Assembly: GCA_035627515.1 (NCBI GenBank)
Contig: DASPLQ010000012.1
Span: forward strand, 7,269 to 71,268
DNA length: 64,000 bases
Origin: Vitreimonas sp.
GTDB lineage: Bacteria; Patescibacteriota; Microgenomatia; UBA1400; PJMF01
Direction of reading: 5' to 3'
A model generated the notes under the pieces. That model saw only the letters and a list, made by a program, of their open reading frames with translations. It searched no databases and was not told where the DNA came from. Made by a program: the position numbers and the translations under genes. Below, in pieces: positions 39,932-49,860 of this stretch (position 1 is its first letter; the number at the start of each line of letters is the position of its first letter).

Positions 39932-39938
39932 GAAAATC

Positions 39939-40643
39939 TTACTTCTCTTCAATCTCAGTCACGGTTTTGTCATACCAGCTAGTGAGCATTTTGCCCACCA
40001 CGTCTTTGCCACCCAAACCGATGGCTAAACCAAAGCCGAGAGCAATCATGGCAATGAAACCTTGGAATAAAATCATGATGAAGTCACGAGCAATACCAAG
40101 CTCTGAAATAGCAGCCATGACACTGATAGTGATGACCATGTAACTCGACACCTTGCCCAAGAGGCGAGAAGCGTGACCATCAATACTCTTAATGGAAGCT
40201 TTGACGACGCTTTCTACCACTCCTGCCAATAAAGTCCCAAAGAATAAGACTAATATGGCTGAAAAGACCTGAGGAATGTATGCTAAAACCTTATCCAACA
40301 CACGCGAAACCGGATCCAAGCCCAAGATAGTGACTGTAGTGTGAATCACCAGCAACATGATCAGCCAATATACGATCGAACCTAATAATACTTCGATTTT
40401 TTGAGTCGCTTCGGTGTGAGCGACAAAGTGCTCAATGGGAGTGTTTTTGACGGCTTTAGAAACGCGCATCGTTTCTAAAATTTTGATGACTACGCGCTTG
40501 AAAGCTTTAGCAATCACTGTCCCAATTAAAAACACGAGCAAAGCGCCCACAATCCGAGGCAAATAGACTGAGAATTGAGCGATCGTTTGCGCTGTCACAA
40601 ATTGAAAGGTGTTTTGGAAGTTGGTGATCAAGGTTGGGTTCAT
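39939..40643 (-). CDS. membrane protein with three conserved TM-helix repeats (MscS-associated TM_helix-like)
   Basis: A repeated unit (..P.IVGALLVFLIGTVIAKAFKRVV.. / ..IPQVFSAILVLFFGTLLAGVVESVVK.. / ..ILFQGFIAMIALGFGLAIGLGGKDVVGKML) resembles the PF05552-type repeat. The family call is made from memory. Start set at MNPTLI. Confidence 0.45.
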   Translation of the reverse strand: MNPTLITNFQNTFQFVTAQTIAQFSVYLPRIVGALLVFLIGTVIAKAFKRVVIKILETMRVSKAVKNTPIEHFVAHTEATQKIEVLLGSIVYWLIMLLVIHTTVTILGLDPVSRVLDKVLAYIPQVFSAILVLFFGTLLAGVVESVVKASIKSIDGHASRLLGKVSSYMVITISVMAAISELGIARDFIMILFQGFIAMIALGFGLAIGLGGKDVVGKMLTSWYDKTVTEIEEK

Positions 40644-40711
40644 GACACGATTATACGGTATAGGGGGAAAGTTGTTAAGCCCGCCCATTACCTCTAGGCA
40701 GGCCTAAAATA

Positions 40712-41056
40712 CAAGCGCGTGTAACCCGTAAGCCAGATTCTGTTTTAGGTATTGATCTATCTAATGCCTGCGACAGTATCACTCACCACGCTGAGCGTGG
40801 TCGGGGACATCTCCAATCAAGTGAAGGTCGGCAGTTGCAGCGGGGAGGATTGCCCTCATGTACTTGGCGCAAGCGCCAGTACAGAGACCCAGAAGCTTGG
40901 TCGTTTCACGCGGCGCCACCCGCATCGTCACTGTGGCTCTAGCTGTCAGCGAGCTGAGCTCGCGCTCTACCTTTCGATAGACACCCTATGTCCTGCTGTC
41001 CGGACTTTCCTCCCTGAACTACGAGAGTCCAGGGCCAATACCCGGTCACACATCAT
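40712..41056 (-). ncRNA. rnpB: RNase P RNA (bacterial type A)
   Basis: A GC-rich ~345-nt island in an AT-rich intergenic context. On the minus strand it carries the universal P4 motifs GGGAGGAAAGUCCGG (at 41000-41014) and ACAGAAUCUGGCUUA (at 40729-40743). P1 pairing is GUGUGACCGGG / CGGGUUACAC and P2 is GUAUUGG / CAAUAC. The ends are approximate to +/-10 nt. Confidence 0.75.
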
Positions 41057-41113
41057 TACTATATCCTATAATAGTAGAATTTTCAAGCCTGGCGAAGGAT
41101 GAAACAAAGAATT

Positions 41114-42124
41114 TTACTGTTGTTGTTGGCGATACCACAAACTATACACAGTTCTAATCACAATATATGAGGGAACTGCCAACAAGGCACCTACCACACT
41201 GGCTAACTTAAAACCAATCAAAATCGTGACAATCGCAACTAATGGATTGACGTCGGCATTATCTTTCATGATTTTAGGGACAATGACGTTATTCTCAACT
41301 TGTTGAATCACGATGTAAAACAAAGCTGTACTACCAGCTAAAACCGGGCCAAAGCTAGCATAAGCTAAAATTACTGCTGGGATGGCGGCGATTGTCGGTC
41401 CTAAGTTAGGGAGGATCTCTAATAATCCAGCCAACACAGCTAACGGCAAGGCATACGGAACGTTCAAAAGATATAAGCCGATGTAAGTCAAAACGCCAAT
41501 CAATGACATCAGAATTAATTGGCCGCGCACCCATCCTCCGAGCTGATGCTCTAAAGAATTTACAAACTCCTCGGCCAATTTGATGTGGCGAGGATTGCGG
41601 GTAAACCACTGAATCTTGCGGTGAAGATATGGTCGATCAATCATTAAGTAAAATGACATCACGATCAACGTCACTGATGTAAAAATACTAGTAAAAGTGG
41701 AGGTAATAGCCGAGAAAACAACCCCAACTGAACTACCAACTCGATCAGCCAGCGCACTGAGCTCGGTTACCGTGAAACGGAAATCTGATATTTCTTGCTG
41801 CAAAAAGGGAATCTCAAAGGTCAGCAGCAAATGATATACATCTTGGGCAATTGGTGGCACAAACAAACCAATCATCACGCTCATACTGATGATGACTAAT
41901 AAATAAATCACTGCTGCACTCAAGGCTCGAGGCAAGCGCGCTCGTTTTTGTAAAAAGGTCACGGCGGGATTTAAGGCCACCATTACAATAAAAGCTAAAA
42001 AGAGCAATATTAAAATCGACCGCACATAGTACACAAAAAATAAACCTAAAATCAGTGCGAGTGAAAAAATGACAATGGAGGGTGAAACATCAACTGTATG
42101 ACGATGAGAAGAGTAACCGAACAT
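41114..42124 (-). CDS. AI-2E family transporter (PerM/YdiK-like, UPF0118)
   Basis: 336 aa, about 8 TM segments. The C-terminal region LLEILPNLGPTIAAIPAVILAY is typical of AI-2E permeases. Confidence 0.55.
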   Translation of the reverse strand: MFGYSSHRHTVDVSPSIVIFSLALILGLFFVYYVRSILILLFLAFIVMVALNPAVTFLQKRARLPRALSAAVIYLLVIISMSVMIGLFVPPIAQDVYHLLLTFEIPFLQQEISDFRFTVTELSALADRVGSSVGVVFSAITSTFTSIFTSVTLIVMSFYLMIDRPYLHRKIQWFTRNPRHIKLAEEFVNSLEHQLGGWVRGQLILMSLIGVLTYIGLYLLNVPYALPLAVLAGLLEILPNLGPTIAAIPAVILAYASFGPVLAGSTALFYIVIQQVENNVIVPKIMKDNADVNPLVAIVTILIGFKLASVVGALLAVPSYIVIRTVYSLWYRQQQQ

Positions 42125-42157
42125 ATATTTAGTATACCAGGATTTTTTTCTTTCTGG

Positions 42158-43168
42158 CTAGAGGGCAGATGTCAAAAACTCTGACACCGTAGAATGAATT
42201 GTCGGCAAGGTTTCTGCATTACTACTCATCAACCATTTACCTTCAAAATGCTTTTTCCACCACGTTAACTGGCGTTTGGCATACTGAAACTCACGCAAAG
42301 ACCACCGTGCGATACACTCATCTTTAGACATTTCTCCTTGGAGATAGATCATAATCTCTCGCACCCCAGTACTGGAAAAAACTGGTAACTTTTGTTGTGC
42401 ATCCTCACTAATTGCGTGCAAGCGTTCTACCTCACTGATAGCTCCCGCAGCTAAGCGCTGCTCCACCCGAGCAGTAATGCGCTGTTCAATGACTTCTAAC
42501 TCATCAGTTAAACCAAATGTTAATTCATGAAAAGTGACCGGAGAAACTGATAGTGACGAAGGCTGATAATTAAGCTCAACTGGCTGAGCTACTTCCAGTT
42601 CAATTGCCCGCATCAGCCGTCGCGGATTATGACGATCAGCGTGATTCATATTTTGCAGCCGCTGAGGGTTAAGCTCAGCCAAACGATGGTGAAGTGCATC
42701 TAAGTTTAGGTCACTCAGATTTTGACGCAGCTCTTCATTAGGTGGTATCTGCAACTGCGGATCTTGATTGCGCCAGTGATGATGATAGAGTCCAGTCCCA
42801 CCCACCATAATTATCATGGCTTTACAGCTCATAACTTTATTAACTACCGACCACACTAATTCATGAAAGTGCGCCACCGACCACTCATGCGTTACAGGAA
42901 TCACCGACACACCATGAAGATAACACTTGTCATGCTCAAAGTAAGGATAGAGAAAATTCTTATCCTGACTGGTGCGAAAATCAACCGGGATATCAGCGCC
43001 AGTTATCACTTCTAAGCCTTGATAAACCTGTCGCGAATCGGCAGAAATGAGATGAACTTCGTCCACCCAGCCGTTACTAAGAGCCAGCTGTGCTATATCC
43101 AGCGCCACCTGACTTTTACCAACTGCGGTGGGACCAATCACGGAAATTAAAGGCAAAGTAGTTGTCAT
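42158..43168 (-). CDS. miaA: tRNA dimethylallyltransferase
   Basis: ISVIGPTAVGKSQVALDIAQ P-loop and the conserved ...TRQ.AKRQLTW region near the C-terminus. The start overlaps the miaB stop by 1 nt. Confidence 0.8.
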   Translation of the reverse strand: MTTTLPLISVIGPTAVGKSQVALDIAQLALSNGWVDEVHLISADSRQVYQGLEVITGADIPVDFRTSQDKNFLYPYFEHDKCYLHGVSVIPVTHEWSVAHFHELVWSVVNKVMSCKAMIIMVGGTGLYHHHWRNQDPQLQIPPNEELRQNLSDLNLDALHHRLAELNPQRLQNMNHADRHNPRRLMRAIELEVAQPVELNYQPSSLSVSPVTFHELTFGLTDELEVIEQRITARVEQRLAAGAISEVERLHAISEDAQQKLPVFSSTGVREIMIYLQGEMSKDECIARWSLREFQYAKRQLTWWKKHFEGKWLMSSNAETLPTIHSTVSEFLTSAL

Positions 43169-44331
43169 TAGACGATGACGGGGCGCTGATGCAAGTTATC
43201 TTTATTAATAATTTGATCAAGGATTTCCCAACGTTCTTTCTTGATAGCGTGTGGAATGTCGTCTGGATAAATTCGCCAACTGGCAGTACCAGGGCGAGGA
43301 GAGTAGATCGCCACAAAACCGACGTGCCAGTTAATTTCTTCAGCTAACTTGACTGTTTCCTGGAACTCAGCTTCAGTCTCACCGGGAAATCCCACAATGA
43401 TATCGGTACCAATAATAATGTTAGGATCACCAGCGCGCAGTTTATTCACAATCTCAACGTAACGTTCGCGCGTGTAACCCCGATTCATCCGATAGAGTAC
43501 TTCATTACTGCCTGACTGAACTGGTAAATGGACATAGCGGTCAATCTTGGGATTGGTGACCACTTCTTCAATCAGTTCGTCATGGAAGTCCCATGGATTA
43601 CTGGTCAAAAAACGAATCTTTTTAATTTGATCAAATGATGAAATGGCGCGGACTAATTTTACAAATGGGGGCGTTTCATCGGCGCGTAAGTATTGTGATT
43701 GGTTATCAGGTAAATCCTCGCGCGTAAAATTTTTGTTTTCCATCATTAATTTGCGAAAACCAATACCGACTTTTTCCAAACCCCATGAATTAACATTCAT
43801 ACCCAGCAACGTTATTTCCTCGTAACCTTCATCAACTAACCGCTGGACTTCATCCATGATCGACTCAAAACTGCGTGACTGCTCACGACCCCGTGAGTAG
43901 GGCACAATACAAAAGGTGCAAAAAGAGTTACAGCCCGTTGAGATTGGCAGCCATGCATGTTTCTTATCTTTGCGAACCGCAGCGTTGTTAAAACCAACTT
44001 CATTTATCGGCAAAATTTCGTCCACAATTGGCAACATCTCATATAACTTGTCATGGCCGTGATGTGTCATGCAGCCAGTCAAAATAATCTTGGGCCGCGA
44101 GTGACCAAGCTCATTAAAATGAATTTTGACGTTATTTAAAAAACCTTTAGCCCGATCTTCAGCCCGTTGCCGCACCGCACACGTATTCACCACCAACTCA
44201 TCACATTTACGCCAATCATCTACTTCCAGATACCCGCGCGCAGCATAATCACCGGCAATCCGCTCTGAATCACTCTTATTTGATTGGCAGCCGAAGGTGT
44301 GGATGTAGTAGGTTTTTTGTCTGGAATTCAT
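43168..44331 (-). CDS. miaB: MiaB-family radical-SAM methylthiotransferase (no TRAM domain)
   Basis: MTTase N-domain cysteines (YIHTFGCQSNKSD...). Radical-SAM CNSFCTFCIVP. It ends right after the radical-SAM core, so a C-terminal TRAM domain seems absent. Confidence 0.75.
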   Translation of the reverse strand: MNSRQKTYYIHTFGCQSNKSDSERIAGDYAARGYLEVDDWRKCDELVVNTCAVRQRAEDRAKGFLNNVKIHFNELGHSRPKIILTGCMTHHGHDKLYEMLPIVDEILPINEVGFNNAAVRKDKKHAWLPISTGCNSFCTFCIVPYSRGREQSRSFESIMDEVQRLVDEGYEEITLLGMNVNSWGLEKVGIGFRKLMMENKNFTREDLPDNQSQYLRADETPPFVKLVRAISSFDQIKKIRFLTSNPWDFHDELIEEVVTNPKIDRYVHLPVQSGSNEVLYRMNRGYTRERYVEIVNKLRAGDPNIIIGTDIIVGFPGETEAEFQETVKLAEEINWHVGFVAIYSPRPGTASWRIYPDDIPHAIKKERWEILDQIINKDNLHQRPVIV

Positions 44332-44385
44332 CGCTTGTTATTGTAGCATGTAGTAGCTATTCTCGGAGTTTAGTATGATAGCAAC

Positions 44386-45060
44386 ATGCATGAAGATGAA
44401 AATCCATGGGAGCAAGCATTAAAAGGAACTAAAGCGCCTAAAATTCCCCAGCCACGTACGAACCCTGAGTGGGATCCAGCGCTTGGACAACCGGCTGCAC
44501 CCCGCACTATTTGGGATCGAGTCGCTGCTTCATTTTCTCCTGATGGTCATTTGAAGCTGACACTCGATGAGTTCCAAACTGAAGCCCAGCTTAAAGAATA
44601 CAAATATCACTCTCGCCTAGACTGGGGGTTTTGGAAAAATGTGACTGGCCAACCCGAACCCGATATTGGCTATAAACTTCATCTGAATGTGAAGCCCAGT
44701 AATGCCAAAAGCGTATCAGAATTTTTAATGGCTCATGATTATGAGCACAAATTCCTGCAGGGTGGTGAGATTGATGACGGAAAAATATTTACTGTTTATA
44801 CCGGCTCTCTGATTACCACCCAAAAAATCGCTGCAGAAATCAGTGCCAACCTAAGCACCTTACTGGAACCAGGCGTTGCTAGCGGTGAAGTTGCTTTCGA
44901 TCCTCAAAGGTTAATTGTCGGTCGCTTTTGTGGCGAGAAGCAGTACTTTCGAACTAAACGCTGTAATGAAGGCATCAATTTATTAATTGGTTCAGAAGAT
45001 CCTGCCGCCGCTCGAGCTAAAGCACAAGAACTGTACGGAAGTTATTTTGCGGGATTATAG
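44386..45060 (+). CDS. hypothetical protein (224 aa)
   Basis: ORF with no recognisable motifs. Confidence 0.45.
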   Translation: MHEDENPWEQALKGTKAPKIPQPRTNPEWDPALGQPAAPRTIWDRVAASFSPDGHLKLTLDEFQTEAQLKEYKYHSRLDWGFWKNVTGQPEPDIGYKLHLNVKPSNAKSVSEFLMAHDYEHKFLQGGEIDDGKIFTVYTGSLITTQKIAAEISANLSTLLEPGVASGEVAFDPQRLIVGRFCGEKQYFRTKRCNEGINLLIGSEDPAAARAKAQELYGSYFAGL

Positions 45061-45078
45061 CTTGGTATAATCCACCAC

Positions 45079-46167
45079 ATGTCTTTCAAAGAAGCTACTT
45101 TAATTGGCACAGCGCAAGAAGCTGGAATTGCACAAGGAAAACACTTTTCATCAGAAATTGAGTCATTCTTCGAAATTCTGCCCAACTTAACCATTGGTAA
45201 AGAAATACGACTCAATTTTTTGCCCTATAGTTTGGTTTACCCCGTATTAAAATGGCTAACTAACCGTCACTTTATTGACACCTTGGAAAAACATGTACCA
45301 GATTCTATTGCTTATCTGCACGGGTTAGCTGAAGGTTCACATCGCGATTTTGAAGATATCCTTTTTTTCTCGTTAGCCAACGTTCTTAAAACTCGTTTAG
45401 CTTTTTTTAAAAAATCATTCAGATTGGATTACTGTTCTACGGTAGCTTTAGCCGATTTTTCTTGCCAGCCAGCTTGTTTGATTGGCAAAAACTTTGACTA
45501 TCCCTTAGACCTACAAGACTTTCTATTTATCACCAAACTCAATGTCACTGGTAAACATAAGGTGATCGGACATGGAATGATACCAACCCTCGCTTTGGCA
45601 CAAGGAGTAAATGAAAAGGGTTTAGGTATTTCACTCAATAATGCTCATGCTTTAGAAGAATCCAAAATAGGAGTGCCATTATCAATTATGGTTCAAGAGG
45701 CTCTTCTTAATTGTGCTTCAACCACCGAAGCAGTACACTTTTTTCAAAGTACACCTTTGGGCAATAGCGGCATTATCACTATTGGAGATATAGATGGTGA
45801 GCTTATCAAAATGGAGATCTCACCTTCACAGCTCAAACTCAAACGCGGCACTCGCCTAGTAGCCACCAACCATTATCAGAGCTCGAGCATGAAGAAGCTC
45901 GATGCGTATCACTCTCAACCAAGCAGCACTCAACGCTACGCCCGTTTACAACAACTTACTCATCAACCAACACTATCAATTGCAAACATGAAAAACATAC
46001 TACGTGACTGTGGAAGTAATCAAATGCCTGGGGAAAATACTATCTGCCGATTTGGCGCTATGCCCACCATTGCGTCAGCGATCATTGATTGCCATGCTAA
46101 AGAATATTGGGGCTTAATTGGATCGCCACTGACTTCCAGGTATCAAAAGTACTCATTTGACTTCTAA
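45079..46167 (+). CDS. Ntn-hydrolase, peptidase C45 / acyl-CoA:6-APA acyltransferase-like (candidate)
   Basis: The LDYCSTVALA segment is consistent with an N-terminal nucleophile Cys after propeptide removal. GKNFDYP and the GIITIGD regions resemble C45 family members. Weak. Confidence 0.4.
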   Translation: MSFKEATLIGTAQEAGIAQGKHFSSEIESFFEILPNLTIGKEIRLNFLPYSLVYPVLKWLTNRHFIDTLEKHVPDSIAYLHGLAEGSHRDFEDILFFSLANVLKTRLAFFKKSFRLDYCSTVALADFSCQPACLIGKNFDYPLDLQDFLFITKLNVTGKHKVIGHGMIPTLALAQGVNEKGLGISLNNAHALEESKIGVPLSIMVQEALLNCASTTEAVHFFQSTPLGNSGIITIGDIDGELIKMEISPSQLKLKRGTRLVATNHYQSSSMKKLDAYHSQPSSTQRYARLQQLTHQPTLSIANMKNILRDCGSNQMPGENTICRFGAMPTIASAIIDCHAKEYWGLIGSPLTSRYQKYSFDF

Positions 46168-46351
46168 ACTAGAGTAGTCACACCTTCACTCATAACCCCT
46201 CATTTTCGAGGTGCCACTTTAGTGCTTTTTTATGCACCATTTGGTGCCATTTTGGTGTATGCCTAAATTAGTTCGGTAAAAGAGAATGCCTTTACAGGAG
46301 TAACTTTGAGACTCACCCACGCACAACAAAATGACAGCCTTAAAGGGAACC

Positions 46352-48346
46352 TTAATTCCGCGGCCCATTGCCGTTCTGCACACCTCTTCCAGGATTAAGT
46401 GATGGCAACGGTGGCGGTGTCAAACGTGGTGCCAAACTTGGCGACGGGGTAGGCCGCAGAGAAGGTGAAGGACTCGGTGATGGCACCATTAACAACGGTG
46501 AAGCGGTAGGGGAAGCAAGTGGTTCATCTTCCACCTGACTCACTGATCGGGGGTAGTAATTTAAATCAATATCCACAAATGGATATTTATATTCATATAA
46601 TAATTTATACTCTTGATCATAGAGATTAATGCCATATTGATCTTGGTAGGCGTCAATTTCGGTGACTAACTGGTCAACACGATCGAATAGTGCCTGATTG
46701 TCATTAATAAATTCGTAGGCTTTTTTCTCACTGAGAATGCTGGATTGCCACGCCCGTTGCCGTTTCAATGACTCAGGAACGGTAAAGTCAGTAGAAGATT
46801 CATATAAATTGTCGGCCTGCATCACTTGCTGGACTTGAGCAAGCGTTCCGTATTTTTTAAATAAAGCATCACGTTTTTCTTGCAGGGCAATCAAGGATAA
46901 TTTAGCCTTAGCCAAACTCTCTTTTTGACCATCAGTCAAAGTTGACTCCGTTTTGAAACGATTAAAAACTTCTTCAGCGGCACCCACTGATGGTTCCCAC
47001 GCTACGCGACCATCTTCGGACAAGCTATTAATGTAAAAATAATCTTTACTGTTATCACGAGGTGGCTGAGCAGTTGCCACAATGTGATCGACATTAACAA
47101 CGTTTAAAAGCAAGACCACCACGGAACTCGCCACTACCATACCTGCCAGCAATCGACGTTCACTCATTTTTCGCCAGACTGCAAACACGAGTAATAAAGC
47201 CAGTATCACTGCTAACCACATCAGGAAAATCCCACCCACAATTCTGACCCGTGTTAAGCCATAGGCTTCCACATACAGTAAGTCGCGTTGGACAGCTGAG
47301 CCTAAGACTAAAAATAACTCACCCACCAACACTGCTGACAGCACTTGTAGTTGTGTAATTTGAGAAGCTAGCGACAAAATGCGTTGTTTGACAGTGACTA
47401 CATAGACTAACAATGCCCCAAAGAAAGTAGCCATCAATAATTCTTGAAAACCTTTGCGCACGTATTCTGAGTAGGTTAAGCCAATCACCGGTAAGTCAGT
47501 ATGACTGCCAAATAGATATTTAGCTTGCACAAATAAAAACACACCAAATACCACCACCACACCCACCATCGGGGCCAATAAATCGCCGAAGGAGAAAAAC
47601 TTTAGCTGAATTTCATCATCACTCGTTTTGTGACGAATCGTTAACAAAACACTTGCTAAAACGGCAATGATGACAGAGACCAGCACCCGTCCAATAGCCT
47701 CATCTTTAATCCGCTCGATTAACTGTGCAAAGATGGGATCGGCACTGGATAAAACATTGGCAAAAAAGGCCACAATGATTAAGGTGATAAATGTCCGTTT
47801 GATAATCGTGACCATAGTGATTTTATTAGCGAGCTCTGGTCGTTGTGACTGCTTCAAAAGTAACCCAAACTGTCCGAAACTATGAGGGATTAATCTCAGC
47901 CCATGTTTAAATAACCACAAGCCCTGCCACTTCACTTGATCGAGAACAAAAAAGAGAATCATCGTCAATAACACTAAGATGGTGACAGTGCTGTCTACCG
48001 ACTGCACAAAGCCATTGGCACGCATCCCAATGCCCAAGCCCGCAATGACACTCATCCCCATCAGCATCCACCACATTGGGAAGCGTTGTTCCCGGCGATA
48101 CAACAAAGCCCAAGCAGTTAAGACGGCAAGGTTGAATAAGCCCGTCCCCACGCCATAGTTAACGTCATAGGCAAATAAATTAAAACCGACAACAACAATC
48201 ACTAGTGCCCAGGTAAAGTAGCGAGGAAAAACCACTTTTTCTACTACCGGAGGCGGTGTTTTGGCGTTGACTTCGCCAGCTGGGCGATTGCCAAACATTA
48301 AATACATGATGTAACCAAAGATGAGTAAGATAACGATCGTTGCCAT
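46352..48346 (-). CDS. large polytopic membrane protein with a Pro/Ser-rich C-terminal tail (664 aa)
   Basis: More than 10 TM segments. The C-terminal low-complexity tail PSPSPSPSLRPTPSPSLAPRLTPPPLP explains the GC-rich DNA at 46352-46520. Confidence 0.55.
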   Translation of the reverse strand: MATIVILLIFGYIMYLMFGNRPAGEVNAKTPPPVVEKVVFPRYFTWALVIVVVGFNLFAYDVNYGVGTGLFNLAVLTAWALLYRREQRFPMWWMLMGMSVIAGLGIGMRANGFVQSVDSTVTILVLLTMILFFVLDQVKWQGLWLFKHGLRLIPHSFGQFGLLLKQSQRPELANKITMVTIIKRTFITLIIVAFFANVLSSADPIFAQLIERIKDEAIGRVLVSVIIAVLASVLLTIRHKTSDDEIQLKFFSFGDLLAPMVGVVVVFGVFLFVQAKYLFGSHTDLPVIGLTYSEYVRKGFQELLMATFFGALLVYVVTVKQRILSLASQITQLQVLSAVLVGELFLVLGSAVQRDLLYVEAYGLTRVRIVGGIFLMWLAVILALLLVFAVWRKMSERRLLAGMVVASSVVVLLLNVVNVDHIVATAQPPRDNSKDYFYINSLSEDGRVAWEPSVGAAEEVFNRFKTESTLTDGQKESLAKAKLSLIALQEKRDALFKKYGTLAQVQQVMQADNLYESSTDFTVPESLKRQRAWQSSILSEKKAYEFINDNQALFDRVDQLVTEIDAYQDQYGINLYDQEYKLLYEYKYPFVDIDLNYYPRSVSQVEDEPLASPTASPLLMVPSPSPSPSLRPTPSPSLAPRLTPPPLPSLNPGRGVQNGNGPRN

Positions 48347-48354
48347 AATGATTC

Positions 48355-49392
48355 TTATTTACTTTTTTTAGTAGTTTTAGTAACGGCTTTTTTATGAGTA
48401 GTTCGGGTAGGTTCAGTGTGAGTTGCCACAGGTTTCAGTGTAGCGGTGTTACGGACCTGTGTCATGATCACTACCATCCAAATGGCGTATAAGAAAAAGT
48501 AACTCCAACCACCGATACTATAGTTGGCAGCATATTCAGCGACTAACGTGACCACAATCACTGAAGTAATCGCGTGCAAGCCCAGTTTGTAAACTTCACC
48601 AAAAGTAAGTTGTTTAGCTCTCATAAACCAAGCCGCGGCAAAGTAAACCACGATTGAGTACACGAAAATAGTCAGCATCCGCCATACCACAATCGTAGGA
48701 TACATGAAGACTAATAAAAATAAACCTAAAGCAGGCACGTACCATTTTTGTTTGATTGCAGGGAAGTTAACAATTTTGTTTTGGAGCTCATCAATCATCG
48801 TGCCATTGATAAGTAAAGGTTGCTCTGTCTCAGGCACTGGGTATGATCGGACCTCACCAGTATCGACGTCTTTCAAAAAGTACATCGTCGTAGGCGAAAC
48901 AACTGCTAATGAGTTGTGAGCGTAAAAATCTTGATTGGAAGCAATCGTGCCATCTTCCACGAAGGTGACCAAATTCATGTCTTCAGCTTCGTTAAGTGGG
49001 ATATCTTCCACATCAATATCTTTTTTGATGTCTTCGTCCATTTCTTCCGTCCACTCAGCAGGGAAAGGTATAGAGTAGGGAAGAGGCTGATTAATATCAA
49101 TCCGTTGATCGGCTACTTTCACCTCAAGATCTGAAGGATAAACGGAAAAACTTTGATTAATGGCACTGATAGCATCAAAAGCTGCCACAGGAATCATGAT
49201 TAATGCTGTCACAAAAAGTGAGAGTAACAAATGCAAAACCAAAAAATACTTCCATGAAAAACTACTTGGGGCGGCAAGCACATCATTATAATAAGAGGGT
49301 TGAGTCAAACTTTTGAAAAAGGTAATAAAGAAGGTCTTAATTTTTTGCATGAATTGAGTATAACATGTGGGAATTTGGAATTTGTCTTTCAA
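48355..49392 (-). CDS. membrane protein (345 aa), co-transcribed with the 664-aa membrane protein
   Basis: N-terminal cytosolic segment, then TM helices. Its stop lies 8 nt from the downstream gene's start. Confidence 0.5.
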   Translation of the reverse strand: MKDKFQIPTCYTQFMQKIKTFFITFFKSLTQPSYYNDVLAAPSSFSWKYFLVLHLLLSLFVTALIMIPVAAFDAISAINQSFSVYPSDLEVKVADQRIDINQPLPYSIPFPAEWTEEMDEDIKKDIDVEDIPLNEAEDMNLVTFVEDGTIASNQDFYAHNSLAVVSPTTMYFLKDVDTGEVRSYPVPETEQPLLINGTMIDELQNKIVNFPAIKQKWYVPALGLFLLVFMYPTIVVWRMLTIFVYSIVVYFAAAWFMRAKQLTFGEVYKLGLHAITSVIVVTLVAEYAANYSIGGWSYFFLYAIWMVVIMTQVRNTATLKPVATHTEPTRTTHKKAVTKTTKKSK

Positions 49393-49449
49393 ATTACCGA
49401 TGAATTTAAAACCGATTGAAGTTATAATTGGCTTCTTAAAACTGAAAAT

Positions 49450-49521
49450 GGCACGGTACCAGAGTGGTTAATGGCTAGGTCTGCAACCCCGCTCAGCGGG
49501 GCGAATCCCCTCCGTGCCTCA
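49450..49521 (+). pseudogene. degenerate tRNA-Cys copy (5' 37 nt identical to tRNA-Cys, remainder replaced by a hairpin)
   Basis: GGCACGGTACCAGAGTGGTTAATGGCTAGGTCTGCAA is identical to the first 37 nt of the tRNA at 49780. It is followed by CCCCGCTCAGCGGGG (a perfect hairpin) and GCGAATCCCCTCCGTGCCTCA (a T-loop/acceptor remnant). It cannot fold into a cloverleaf. Confidence 0.6.
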
Positions 49522-49526
49522 TTACA

Positions 49527-49778
49527 ATGGAATACTACGTATACATCGTTAAATCTGCAAAAGATAATGGGTATTACATAGGGTGTACTAATGATTTAGA
49601 AAGCCGGCTTGCAGAACATAATCTAGGCAGAACTAAATCGCTAAAAACTAGATTGCCCGTTAAGCTTATTTATAAAGAGGCTTACAATACAAAAAAAGAA
49701 GCCCAAACAAGAGAACGACAGATAAAAGGTTATAAAGGCGGGAACTCTTTTAAAAAGTTAATAGAAAAATATATTTAA
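49527..49778 (+). CDS. GIY-YIG domain nuclease (UPF0213/YhbQ-like, 83 aa)
   Basis: YYVYIVKSAKDNGYYIGCTNDLESRLAEHNLG...KLIYKEAYNTKKEAQTRERQIKGYKG matches the GIY-x10-YIG ... R ... E arrangement. Confidence 0.8.
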   Translation: MEYYVYIVKSAKDNGYYIGCTNDLESRLAEHNLGRTKSLKTRLPVKLIYKEAYNTKKEAQTRERQIKGYKGGNSFKKLIEKYI

Positions 49779-49779
49779 T

Positions 49780-49852
49780 GGCACGGTACCAGAGTGGTTA
49801 ATGGCTAGGTCTGCAAAACCTCAGTTCAGGGGTTCGAATCCCCTCCGTGCCT
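49780..49852 (+). tRNA. tRNA-Cys (anticodon GCA)
   Basis: Acceptor GGCACGG/CCGTGCC, anticodon loop CT-GCA-AA, T arm AGGGGTTCGAATCCCCT, and discriminator U73 (the Cys identity element). It starts 2 nt after the GIY-YIG stop. Confidence 0.8.
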
Positions 49853-49860
49853 CAAGAGAC

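Noticed and set aside
40752-41102. ORF-track 116-aa + strand ORF
   Set aside because: It lies entirely within the GC-rich RNase P RNA gene on the opposite strand. Its amino-acid composition (Cys/Arg/Ser-rich) is typical of translated structured RNA. There is no RBS or promoter.
46180-46260. Direct repeat GGTGCCA(C/T)TTT(A/G)GTG twice in the convergent intergenic region after the C45-like gene
   Set aside because: Only two imperfect 15-nt copies. It is possibly a terminator-region quirk, and the support is insufficient.
49450-49521. First tRNA-Cys-like copy as a second functional tRNA-Cys gene
   Set aside because: The anticodon-arm 3' strand, the variable loop and the T-stem 5' strand are replaced by a 15-nt hairpin. 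No cloverleaf is possible. It is treated as a pseudo-tRNA or repeat.
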